The notes beneath the pieces were generated by a model that was given only the letters and a program-made list of their open reading frames with translations, was not told the DNA's origin and searched no databases. A program made the translations under genes and the position numbers. From an uncultured Verrucomicrobia subdivision 3 bacterium (lineage in GTDB: Bacteria; Verrucomicrobiota; Verrucomicrobiia; Limisphaerales; UBA11358), in NCBI GenBank assembly GCA_903884535.1, contig CAISEZ010000050.1, forward strand, positions 16,600-80,599: 64,000 nt of DNA, written 5' to 3'. This document shows, one piece after another, positions 1 to 8,263 of this stretch; within the stretch, counting starts at the first letter, position 1; every line of letters starts with the position of its first letter.

Positions 1-227
1 CCTTCCTCCATGTTTTTGCCGTTGTCGTCGAGGATGATCGCCCCGAATTTTTTGCCAATCGCGCGCGTGCGATCTTTCGAGTGCGCATCGGCGAGGATAA
101 TTTCAATGTGGTCGCGCGGATAATTCTGCCGCACGATGGACGCGAGGCAGTTCTCCAAAATCGCCTCGGTGTTCAGCGTCGGGATGATGAAGCTGACGCG
201 CGGGGAATTTTCAGTGGCAGACGGCAT
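1..227 (-). CDS. Glycosyltransferase family 2 (GT-A), N-terminal fragment; gene continues past the left edge
   Basis: Minus-strand ATG at 227-225 opens MPSATENSPRVSFIIPTLNTEAILENCLASIVRQNYPRDHIEIILADAHSKDRTRAIGKKFGAIILDDNGK with no stop before position 1. SFIIPTLN plus acidic DD pattern is the usual GT2 N-terminus. Not in the ORF track because it is open-ended. Confidence 0.7.
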   Translation of the reverse strand, partial: MPSATENSPRVSFIIPTLNTEAILENCLASIVRQNYPRDHIEIILADAHSKDRTRAIGKKFGAIILDDNGKNMEE

Positions 228-241
228 TAGGCAGAGTCGGG

Positions 242-1138
242 CTATATTTTCCAGTTGCCCAGTTCAAACGCGGGCGCGGCGCGCAACCGCTCGTTGGCCC
301 TTTTGAAGTCGCGGAGGTAAATAATGTTGCTGTTGAAATATTCAGGGATCGGCAGCATCCGCCGCTCAAAGGGCTGGTAATAATAAGGACTGAAACCCTG
401 GCTGCGGATTTGCGTGTGCAACTTTTCTTCGTCGTAGCCATAACGATTGCCAGCACCACTCCGCTCAATGATGATCGCCTGTAACGCCTGATTTTTCAGC
501 GTTTCAACCGCGCCGGCGAAAACTTCCGTTTCGAAACCTTCGACATCCACCTTCAGCAACACCGCCGGATTGTCCGCCAGTTCGGTGTCCAATGTGGTCA
601 TTTGCGTGAGCTGCGAAGATGCCGTTTCCGCGACAGCGGCCACATGGTTTTCCGTGCCCAAGCCGATGCTGAACTGCACGGTTCCCAGCTGCCGGCCAAC
701 CACGGCGTTGACCGGGCGAACCCGATCCTGTAATCCGTTCACTCCGACGTTGCGCGACAGCATCGCAAATGTTTCCGGGCTGGGTTCGAAGGCCACGGCG
801 CGCGCACCCGCCACGCCCGCCGCCAGCACCGTGAACGCGCCGACATTGGCACCGACATCGGCGAACAGCTCGCCGGCTTGCAAAAAGTGCATCACAAAGG
901 CCATGTCGTTAAATTCGTTCAAACGCGGGGCAATGAAATGGGCGGCGCCCTTCATCCGCGGCGAAACCAGCAGCCGGGTGCGGTTGGGAAATTCCACGCA
1001 GACCTCGCCCGGCACCAGCCGCGCTGCCACCTGGATGAAACCATACTCGGCCACGGCACGAAATTTCCGGCCGCGATTCAGCGGATGGTTCGCCACAAAA
1101 CGCAGCGTGGCCAGTATTTTCACAAGTGGATTCATCAA
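242..1138 (-). CDS. FkbM-family SAM-dependent methyltransferase
   Basis: 298-aa ORF. Contains FADVGANVGAFT glycine-rich SAM motif and the LLKVDVEGFETEV block typical of FkbM methyltransferases. Sits in a glycan locus. Confidence 0.8.
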   Translation of the reverse strand: MMNPLVKILATLRFVANHPLNRGRKFRAVAEYGFIQVAARLVPGEVCVEFPNRTRLLVSPRMKGAAHFIAPRLNEFNDMAFVMHFLQAGELFADVGANVGAFTVLAAGVAGARAVAFEPSPETFAMLSRNVGVNGLQDRVRPVNAVVGRQLGTVQFSIGLGTENHVAAVAETASSQLTQMTTLDTELADNPAVLLKVDVEGFETEVFAGAVETLKNQALQAIIIERSGAGNRYGYDEEKLHTQIRSQGFSPYYYQPFERRMLPIPEYFNSNIIYLRDFKRANERLRAAPAFELGNWKI

Positions 1139-1350
1139 ATATTTTCATAGCCTGATGGAACTCAAACCGGCTGACAACTGATTTTTGCCACGCCGACTTC
1201 CCAGTCCTCGTCGGATATTCCGCCGGAGTGGCGGGCGAAGCCAAACTGTCTGCGACGGCAACTGGATTCGGTCAGAACCTGCCGCCGCCCAAAATGGCGT
1301 CAAAATTGCTGGCGAGCATTCGTTGCATGTTTTAGACTCCGCGCTCAATC

Positions 1351-2331
1351 ATGGACAAAATTTTCATCACGGGCGCGGCGGGCTTCATCGGCAGCAATCT
1401 GGTTGACCGGCTGCTCGCCGACGGCAAAGCGGTCGTCGGTTGGGACAATTTCTCCACCGGCCAGAGAAAGTTTCTGGACGGGGCGCTGAAACATAAAAAT
1501 TTTTCGCTCGTCGAGGGCGACAATTTGAATCTGCCGGCGCTGACTCTGGCGATGGTCGGCTGCGACACGGTTTTTCATCTGGCCGCCAACGCCGATGTGC
1601 GCTTCGGCCTCGAACATCCAGCCAAGGATTTGCAGCAAAACACAATCGCCACATTTAACGTGCTCGAAGCCATGCGGGCCAATGGCATCAAACGCATCGC
1701 GTTCAGCTCCACCGGCAGCGTTTATGGCGAGGCCGAAAAAATCCCCACGCCGGAGGACGCGCCGTTCCCCGTGCAGACCTCGCTTTACGCCGCGTCGAAG
1801 GTTTCCGGCGAGGGCATGATTTCCAGCTACTGCGAAGGCTTCAAATTTGAAGGATACATTTTCCGCTTCGTTTCCATTCTTGGCGAACGCTACACGCACG
1901 GCCACGTTTTCGATTTTTACCAACAGCTCCTCGAACATCCCGCACGGCTGAAAGTGCTCGGCGACGGCTCGCAGCGGAAAAGTTATTTGTATGTGCAGGA
2001 TTGCGTGAGTGCGATGCTCCACGTCATCAACCTCGGCACCGCGAAAAAAGCGAAACACGGCGTGGAAATTTACAATCTTGGCTGCGACGAATACGTTCAG
2101 GTCAACAATTCCATCGGCTACATTTGCGGCGCGCTCGGTCTGCAACCCAAATTGGAATACACCGGCGGCAGTCGCGGTTGGGTCGGCGACAACCCATTCA
2201 TTTTCCTCGACACCAAAAAAATCCAAGACACCGGCTGGAAAACGTCGCTGACGATTGAGCAGGGCATCGGCCGCACGCTCCAATGGTTGCAGCAAAACCA
2301 GTGGGTCTATGAATCGCGCAGCCATAAATAA
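1351..2331 (+). CDS. NAD-dependent nucleotide-sugar epimerase/dehydratase (extended SDR)
   Basis: N-terminal ITGAAGFIGSNLVDRLL Rossmann motif and YAASK (YxxxK) catalytic motif; 326 aa. Confidence 0.85.
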   Translation: MDKIFITGAAGFIGSNLVDRLLADGKAVVGWDNFSTGQRKFLDGALKHKNFSLVEGDNLNLPALTLAMVGCDTVFHLAANADVRFGLEHPAKDLQQNTIATFNVLEAMRANGIKRIAFSSTGSVYGEAEKIPTPEDAPFPVQTSLYAASKVSGEGMISSYCEGFKFEGYIFRFVSILGERYTHGHVFDFYQQLLEHPARLKVLGDGSQRKSYLYVQDCVSAMLHVINLGTAKKAKHGVEIYNLGCDEYVQVNNSIGYICGALGLQPKLEYTGGSRGWVGDNPFIFLDTKKIQDTGWKTSLTIEQGIGRTLQWLQQNQWVYESRSHK

Positions 2332-2340
2332 TTTTGGCAC

Positions 2341-3609
2341 ATGAAAATTGCCGTTCAAGGATTGTGGCATCTTGGCAGCGTCACGGCGGCGTGCTGCGCA
2401 AAATATTTTTCCGTGGTCGGGCTGGATTTTGACGCGGCAAATGTTTCGAAGCTGAATCAAGGCCAGGCACCGCTCCTCGAACCGGGCCTCAATGAACTCA
2501 TTGCCGCCGGCCTTGCGTCAAAAAAACTCTCCTTCACGACCGACGCAAAAATCGCCTGCGCCAATGCGGATGTGCTTTGGCTGACTTATGACACACCGGT
2601 CAACGAGAACGACGAATCGGACGTTGCATTGGTTCTGGGAAATTTGCGCCGTGCCTTGCCGCATCTGCCGAACGGCGCGCTGGTTTTGATTTCCGCGCAA
2701 CTGCCCGTCGGCACCTGCGCGAAGTTGGAAAAGGAATTTCCGCAGTTTCTTTTTGCCTGCTCGCCGGAAAATCTGCGGCTTGGCAAAGCCATCGAAGCGT
2801 TTGAAAAAGCCGAACGCGCCATCGTCGGCATCCGCACTGATGCGAAGAAAGCCTTGCTCGAAGAGCTTTTCAAACCGTTTGCCGCGCAAACAATTTTTAT
2901 GCGCACCGAGTCGGCGGAGATGGTCAAGCATGCGCTGAATTCATTCCTCGCTCTTTCCATCACCTTCATCAACGAAGTCGCCCGCCTCTGCGAACACACC
3001 GGCGCAGACGCAAAAGAAGTTTCGTTCGGACTCAAGAGCGAGGCGCGTATCGGACCGAAGGCGTATCTCGGACCCGGCGGCCCGTTTGCCGGCGGCACGC
3101 TGGCGCGAGATGTGGTCACGCTCTCAACACTCGCCGAGGCGCATGGCGAAAAAATTTCCGTCATTCCGGCCATCAAGCAGAGTAATGATTTACATCGCGG
3201 TTGGGCGTTTCGGCGGCTGCAATCACGGCTGGGCGATTTGCGCGGTAAAACGATTTCCATCCTGGGACTCACTTACACCACCAATACCGACACGCTCCGC
3301 CGCAGCGCCGCGGTGGAGCTTGGCCGGCAACTTCTCGCTGCCGGCGCGAAGGTTTCCGCCTTTGATCCGGCGGTGAAAGTTTTGCCGCCGGAACTCAGCG
3401 CGGTTGCGCTGGCTGCCGATATGGCCACTGCGCTCGCCGGTGCGGAAGCCGTCGCTGTTTGCACTGAATGGCCGCAGTTTCGCCAGGCGGACTGGTCAAA
3501 CCTGATTCCGCAGATGCGCCAGCCGGTGATTGTGGATGCGAATCGTTTTCTCGAAAAGGAATTGAAATCCATCCCCGGCGTCGAGCATCTTTCCGTCGGT
3601 CGTGCCTGA
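2341..3609 (+). CDS. UDP-glucose/GDP-mannose dehydrogenase family protein, atypical (Thr at the catalytic Cys position)
   Basis: KIAVQGLWHLGSV Rossmann start, SPENLRLGKA (family PEFLREG block), MVKHALNSFLALSITFINE (catalytic Lys/Asn block). The FAGGTLARD block lines up with the family GGxCxxKD block. Confidence 0.8.
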   Translation: MKIAVQGLWHLGSVTAACCAKYFSVVGLDFDAANVSKLNQGQAPLLEPGLNELIAAGLASKKLSFTTDAKIACANADVLWLTYDTPVNENDESDVALVLGNLRRALPHLPNGALVLISAQLPVGTCAKLEKEFPQFLFACSPENLRLGKAIEAFEKAERAIVGIRTDAKKALLEELFKPFAAQTIFMRTESAEMVKHALNSFLALSITFINEVARLCEHTGADAKEVSFGLKSEARIGPKAYLGPGGPFAGGTLARDVVTLSTLAEAHGEKISVIPAIKQSNDLHRGWAFRRLQSRLGDLRGKTISILGLTYTTNTDTLRRSAAVELGRQLLAAGAKVSAFDPAVKVLPPELSAVALAADMATALAGAEAVAVCTEWPQFRQADWSNLIPQMRQPVIVDANRFLEKELKSIPGVEHLSVGRA

Positions 3610-3610
3610 C

Positions 3611-4471
3611 ATGAAACTCAAAAAACTCAACGCGCTCATCACCGGCGGCAGCCAGGGCCTCGGCAAAACCATTGCCGAATACTTTCTGCGCGAAGGCGCA
3701 AACGTCGTCCTCTGCGCCCGCAGCGAAAAAGATCTGCTCGCCACCCGCGATGAACTCGCGACGAAATTTCCCGCGCAAAAAGTTTCCGCCAAGACCTGTG
3801 ATGTCTCGAACGAAAAGCAGGTCAATGAGTTGGTCGCATTCGCGCTGAGTGAACTCGGCTCGCTCGGCTCGCTGGTTTTGAACGCCGGCGTTTATGGACC
3901 GATGGGGCCGACGGAATCGGTTTCGCTCGACGAATGGCGGCGGGCGATTGACATCAATCTGTTCGGGGTGCTGCTGCCGAGTCGCGCGGTGATTCCTTAT
4001 TTTAAGCAAGCTGGACGCGGCAAGATTGTCATCCTAAGCGGCGGCGGCGCGACGAATCCGTTGCCCAACATCAGTTCTTACGCAGCTTCGAAGGCGGCCG
4101 TAGTTCGCTTGATGGAAACGTTGGCGGAAGAATTAAAAAGTTTTCACGTGGATGTGAATGCCATCGCCCCCGGTGCCCTCGCAACGCGGCTGGTGGATGA
4201 AGTTCTGGCCGCCGGCCCCGAAAAAGTGGGCGCCGCTTTTTTCGAGAAGAACAAAGGCTGGAAGGAAAAAGGCGCAGTGCCGTTGGAACTCGGCGCGAGC
4301 CTCGCGGTCTATCTCGCCAGTGCGGAGAGCGACGGCATCACCGGCAAACTCATCAGCGCGCAATGGGATCCGTGGAAGGATTTGCAGAAACATCGCGACG
4401 AGCTGGCGAACTCGGATGTTTACTGTTTGCGGCGCATCGTGCCCGAAGATCGCGGCAAGAAATGGAATTGA
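3611..4471 (+). CDS. Short-chain dehydrogenase/reductase (classical SDR)
   Basis: ITGGSQGLGKTIA (TGxxxGxG) and SSYAASKAA (YxxxK). ATG at 3611 preferred over the GTG at 3602 given by the ORF track. Confidence 0.85.
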   Translation: MKLKKLNALITGGSQGLGKTIAEYFLREGANVVLCARSEKDLLATRDELATKFPAQKVSAKTCDVSNEKQVNELVAFALSELGSLGSLVLNAGVYGPMGPTESVSLDEWRRAIDINLFGVLLPSRAVIPYFKQAGRGKIVILSGGGATNPLPNISSYAASKAAVVRLMETLAEELKSFHVDVNAIAPGALATRLVDEVLAAGPEKVGAAFFEKNKGWKEKGAVPLELGASLAVYLASAESDGITGKLISAQWDPWKDLQKHRDELANSDVYCLRRIVPEDRGKKWN

Positions 4472-4472
4472 T

Positions 4473-5450
4473 ATGAATTTACGCGTTGCAATCATCGGCT
4501 GCGGACTCATCGGACAAAAGCGGTTGAACCTCTTGCCGCCCGGCAGCGTCACGGTCGCATGTGACACGCAGTTTGACCGCGCCAAAAAAATCGCCGCGCA
4601 AAGCCCCGGCTGCATCGCCACGGAATCTTTCGAGCAAGCCGTCAGTTCGCCGAATGTGGATGTGGTGATGATTGCCACGATCAATTCCGCGCTCGCGCCG
4701 ATCGCGCTGGCGGCCGTGAAAAATGGCAAACATGTGCTCGTCGAAAAACCGGCCGGCATCAGCGTGGGCGAATTGGAAGAGCTTCAAGCCGCCGCCAAGA
4801 AGTCCGGCGCACTCGTTCGCGTCGGCTACAATCATCGCTATCATCCGGCGTGTCTGAAGGCGCTGGAAATTTTCCGCGGCGGCGCGCTGGGCCCGATGAT
4901 GTTTGTGCGGGGTCGTTACGGCCAGGGCGGTCGCATCGGCTACGAGAAGGAATGGCGCGCGGATGCCAAACTTTCCGGCGGCGGCGAATTGATTGACCAG
5001 GGCGTTCATCTGATTGATCTCGCGGGAATTTTTCTCGGCGAATTCACCACGGTGGAAGGTCATGCGACGACGTATTTCTGGAAGATGCCAGTGGACGACA
5101 ACGCTTTTTTGAGTTTGCGCAACGCCGAGGGAAAAACCGCGTGGCTGCACGTCAGTTGCAGTGAATGGAAAAATTTATTTAGCCTCGAAATCTACGGGCG
5201 TGACGCCAAGCTGCACTGGGAAGGTCTCGGCGGCAGCTATGGCATCGAGCGGTTGACGTATTACAAAATGCTGCCGCAGATGGGCCCGCCGGAGACGACG
5301 ATTTATGAATTCCCGCGCGGCGACGAGTCGTGGAAAATCGAGATGGCCGAATTTTTTGAAGATATAAAATTGAAACGCACGCCGGTGCCCGGATTAAAAG
5401 AAGCGAAAGCTGCGCTCGCAGTTGTTGAAAAAATCTACGCACAAAAATAA
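4473..5450 (+). CDS. Gfo/Idh/MocA-family NAD(P)-dependent sugar oxidoreductase
   Basis: MNLRVAIIGCGLIGQKR Rossmann start and VLVEKPAG (EKP motif). The ORF-track start 4158 overlaps the SDR gene. The in-frame ATG at 4473 lies 1 nt after the SDR stop. Confidence 0.85.
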   Translation: MNLRVAIIGCGLIGQKRLNLLPPGSVTVACDTQFDRAKKIAAQSPGCIATESFEQAVSSPNVDVVMIATINSALAPIALAAVKNGKHVLVEKPAGISVGELEELQAAAKKSGALVRVGYNHRYHPACLKALEIFRGGALGPMMFVRGRYGQGGRIGYEKEWRADAKLSGGGELIDQGVHLIDLAGIFLGEFTTVEGHATTYFWKMPVDDNAFLSLRNAEGKTAWLHVSCSEWKNLFSLEIYGRDAKLHWEGLGGSYGIERLTYYKMLPQMGPPETTIYEFPRGDESWKIEMAEFFEDIKLKRTPVPGLKEAKAALAVVEKIYAQK

Positions 5451-5452
5451 TT

Positions 5453-6433
5453 ATGATCATCGCGCGTTCTCCACTTCGCATCAGCCTCGGCGGCGGCGGC
5501 ACGGATTTGCCGTCGTATTACGAAAAATTCGGCGGCTTCCTCATCGCGGCGGCGATTGACCGCTATGTTTACATCACGCTGCACGAGACGTTCGTGGCGG
5601 ATTTGATCGTGAAGTATTCGGAGCTGGAACGCGTGCCGGACGCGGCGCAGTTGAAGCATCCGATCATCCGCGAGGCGTTCGCGGCGCTGGGCATGGCCGG
5701 CCACTCGCTCGAACTCACTTCAATGGCGGACATCCCATCCGGCACCGGGCTTGGTTCGTCCGGCAGCTTCACGACGGCGTTGCTCAAGGCGCTGCACGCG
5801 CACAAAAAAAATCTCGTCCATCCCGCCGAACTCGCCGCGCAAGCGTGCGACATCGAGCTGAACCGGTTGAAGGAGCCGATTGGGAAGCAGGATCAATACA
5901 TCGCGGCCTATGGCGGCCTGACGTGCTTCAATTTTTTGCCGGACGGAAAAGTCGAGGCGTGGCCGCTGAAGGCTTCCGACGAGACGCGCGACAATCTGGA
6001 AGACAATTTGCTCTTGTTTTTCACCGGCTATTCGCGCAGCGCGTCGGCGATTTTGAAGGAGCAGGACACCAAATCAAAATCGGACGACAAGTCCATGATC
6101 GAGAATCTGCATTTCGTCAAAGACCTCGGCCTGCAAAGCAAGGTCGCGCTGGAAACGGGCAACCTGCACGAATTCGCGCGGCTGATGGACGTGCATTGGC
6201 AGCGCAAAAAACAGCGCAGCGGCGGCATGAGCAATCCCAAGATCAACGAGTGGTATGACCTCGCGCTGGCCAGCGGCGCGCTCGGCGGCAAGCTCATCGG
6301 CGCGGGCGGCGGCGGTTTCCTGATGTTTTACGCGGAGGACAAGGCTAGGCTCCGCCACGCGATGCGGCAAAGCGGCTTGAAGGAAGTGCGCTTCCGCTTT
6401 GATTTCGAGGGAACGAAACTCGTCATCTCGTGA
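5453..6433 (+). CDS. hddA: GHMP kinase, D-glycero-alpha-D-manno-heptose 7-phosphate kinase-like
   Basis: RSPLRISLGGGGTDLPSYY N-terminus and PSGTGLGSSGS GHMP ATP-binding motif. Clustered with gmhA, gmhB and a nucleotidyltransferase. Confidence 0.75.
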   Translation: MIIARSPLRISLGGGGTDLPSYYEKFGGFLIAAAIDRYVYITLHETFVADLIVKYSELERVPDAAQLKHPIIREAFAALGMAGHSLELTSMADIPSGTGLGSSGSFTTALLKALHAHKKNLVHPAELAAQACDIELNRLKEPIGKQDQYIAAYGGLTCFNFLPDGKVEAWPLKASDETRDNLEDNLLLFFTGYSRSASAILKEQDTKSKSDDKSMIENLHFVKDLGLQSKVALETGNLHEFARLMDVHWQRKKQRSGGMSNPKINEWYDLALASGALGGKLIGAGGGGFLMFYAEDKARLRHAMRQSGLKEVRFRFDFEGTKLVIS

Positions 6434-6514
6434 AATTTTTTAACGGCGCGCGGTGAATGGCCGAACTGAAAAAAAACTTTCCGACCACGCGAAGAAAAAA
6501 TCCGGCAGGTGAAG

Positions 6515-6679
6515 TTTAACCGCGAACCACGCGAACTACGCGAAAACTTTTGACACGAATTTCACGAATTCACACCAATTGAAAGCCTGTAAGGCTGACA
6601 GATAATAGCCCAGGGCAACGCCCTGGGTTACAGCCCTTTGAATTTGCGTTCGCGTGTTTGGCGTAGTTCGCGGTTCAAC
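6515..6679. repeat. Composite palindromic intergenic element (cgcgaa/cacgaa word family) with a nested 7-bp hairpin
   Basis: Left arm gtttaaccgcgaaccacgcgaactacgcgaaaac (6515-6548) pairs with right arm gcgttcgcgtgtttggcgtagttcgcggttcaac (6646-6679). An internal hairpin cccaggg-caacg-ccctggg lies at 6609-6627. The arm resembles the element at 22969-23041. Confidence 0.7.
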
Positions 6680-6791
6680 TCCGCGCCTCTGCGTCTCTGC
6701 GTTGAAAATTGAGATTTCATTGCCGTTCGCGGACGGCTAATTTCTCCGCCATGTCTGCCATTTTGAAAGACGAGGAATTTTCAGAAATTCC

Positions 6792-7502
6792 ATGAGCATG
6801 CCTTTTTCCCAAATTCCCGTCGCCATTCTCGCGGGCGGACTCGCCACGCGACTGCGGCCCATCACGGAAAAAATTCCCAAGTCGCTCGTGCTGGTCGCGG
6901 GCCGGCCCATTCTCGCGCATCAACTGGAAATGCTCCACGCGCAAGGCCTCTGCCGTGCCGTGCTGTGCATCGGTTTTCTCGGCGAGATGATTCAACGTGA
7001 ATTCGGCAGCGAGGCTTACGGCATCCAACTGGAGTATTCGTTCGATGGCGAAAAACTGCTCGGCACCGGTGGTGCCATCAAACGCGCTTTGCCCAAGCTC
7101 GGCGAGGAATTTTTCATCCTCTACGGCGATTCGTATCTGCCGATTCCCTACGCACCCGTTGCGGAATTTTTTCATCGCACTGGTAAGCTCGGCCTGATGA
7201 CCGTCTATCGCAATGAAGGCAAATACGACACGAGCAACGTCGTCTTTGCCGACGGCGAAATAAAAATCTACGAGAAAAAACAAAAGCTGCCGGAGATGCG
7301 CCACATTGACTACGGCTTGAGCCTGTTCAAATCATCGGTGTTTGAGGCGTATGCCGCCGATCGGGTTTTCGATCTGGCTGAAGTCATGGGCCGGCTCGTC
7401 CGCGAAAAACAACTGGCGGGCTACGAAGTGCCGGAGCGGTTCTACGAAATGGGCTCGCCGGCCGGTCTGGCGGAACTGGAAGCGCTATTGAAAAAATCTT
7501 GA
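6792..7502 (+). CDS. hddC: Sugar-1-phosphate nucleotidyltransferase, heptose-1-phosphate guanylyltransferase-like
   Basis: VAILAGGLATRLRPITEKIPKSLV (GxGTRL NDP-sugar pyrophosphorylase signature), 236 aa, heptose gene context. Confidence 0.7.
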   Translation: MSMPFSQIPVAILAGGLATRLRPITEKIPKSLVLVAGRPILAHQLEMLHAQGLCRAVLCIGFLGEMIQREFGSEAYGIQLEYSFDGEKLLGTGGAIKRALPKLGEEFFILYGDSYLPIPYAPVAEFFHRTGKLGLMTVYRNEGKYDTSNVVFADGEIKIYEKKQKLPEMRHIDYGLSLFKSSVFEAYAADRVFDLAEVMGRLVREKQLAGYEVPERFYEMGSPAGLAELEALLKKS

Positions 7503-7559
7503 TTTGGCAGGGCGGCGCTGCTGCGCTGCCTGTTGGCTGACCAGCAGGTCAGCCCTACC
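7503..7559. repeat. GC-rich stop-codon-adjacent hairpin element (tttggcagggc family)
   Basis: tttggcagggcggcgctgctgcgctgcc...ggctgaccagcaggtcagccctacca starts right after the hddC stop. Its first 28 nt match 28297-28324 with about 4 mismatches, and both copies end in gccctacc. Confidence 0.55.
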
Positions 7560-7590
7560 ATGCAAATTGACCGCTATTAAACTTAGCTTC

Positions 7591-7625
7591 CATTCGTCAT
7601 TCAAAATTCGTAATTTGAAATTTCC
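7591..7625. repeat. Tandem heptanucleotide array (5 units) ending at the gmhA start codon
   Basis: cattcgt cattcaa aattcgt aatttga aatttcc, followed immediately by ATG at 7626. Confidence 0.8.
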
Positions 7626-8222
7626 ATGAGTTTTACCAAACAATTTCTCGCCGAAGTCCAGCAGGTCACGGCGCAACTCGACGAAGCCGCCATTGAAAAA
7701 TGCGCGGACGAACTTGCCGCCATCCGCGAGCGCGGCGGACGTTTGTTCATCCTCGGCGTCGGCGGCAGCGCGGGCAACGCCGGTCACGCGGTGAATGATT
7801 TCCGCAAAATCTGCGGCTTCGAGGCCTACGCGCCGACCGACAATGTTTCCGAACTCACCGCGCGCACGAACGACGAAGGCTGGGCGACGGTTTTCTCCGA
7901 ATGGCTCAAAGGCAGTCGCATCAACGCGAAAGACGGCCTGCTGATTTTTTCCGTTGGCGGCGGCAACCTGGAAAAAAATGTCAGCCCAAATCTCGTCAGC
8001 GCGATTCAAGTCGCCAAAGCGGTCGGCGCGTCGGTAGTCGGCATCGTGGGTCGCGATGGCGGCTACACCGCGCAGCTGGCCACCGCCTGCGTCATCGTGC
8101 CGACGGTGAATCCGACGCACGTCACGCCGCACAGCGAGGCGTTTCAAGGCGTCATCTGGCATCTCTTTGTGTCGCATCCCAAATTGAAAGTGGCGCAGAC
8201 CAAATGGGAAAGCACGAAGTGA
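7626..8222 (+). CDS. gmhA: Sedoheptulose-7-phosphate isomerase (SIS domain)
   Basis: RLFILGVGGSAGNAGHAVNDF SIS motif, 198 aa, heptose context. Confidence 0.85.
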   Translation: MSFTKQFLAEVQQVTAQLDEAAIEKCADELAAIRERGGRLFILGVGGSAGNAGHAVNDFRKICGFEAYAPTDNVSELTARTNDEGWATVFSEWLKGSRINAKDGLLIFSVGGGNLEKNVSPNLVSAIQVAKAVGASVVGIVGRDGGYTAQLATACVIVPTVNPTHVTPHSEAFQGVIWHLFVSHPKLKVAQTKWESTK

Positions 8223-8255
8223 AGTCAGAATTCAGAAGTCAGAATTCAGAATTAA
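8221..8255. repeat. Tandem heptanucleotide array (5 units) between the gmhA stop and gmhB
   Basis: gaagtca gaattca gaagtca gaattca gaattaa begins inside the gmhA stop codon (8220-8222). Confidence 0.8.
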
Positions 8256-8263
8256 AATGCGCG

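Noticed and set aside
1345-2460. Long antisense or shadow ORFs listed in the track. Examples: 1345-2460(-), 16800-17909(-), 33529-35094(+), 36797-38029(+), 40319-41914(+), 42131-43117(-), 52616-53665(+), 59971-61293(+), 20552-21484(+), 49589-50512(-).
   Set aside because: Each lies fully opposite a gene with clear family motifs. Their translations are Arg/Ala/Gly/His-rich low-complexity strings typical of non-coding frames in GC-rich DNA.
4158-4472. 5' extensions of track ORFs (4158, 7901, 16317, 36545-38140, 44008, 45717, 15652, 22795, 32732, 40267, 48749).
   Set aside because: The extensions overlap the preceding well-supported gene or a repeat element. In each case an internal start gives a canonical N-terminus (Rossmann start, signal peptide, lipobox) and tight or ATGA-type spacing.
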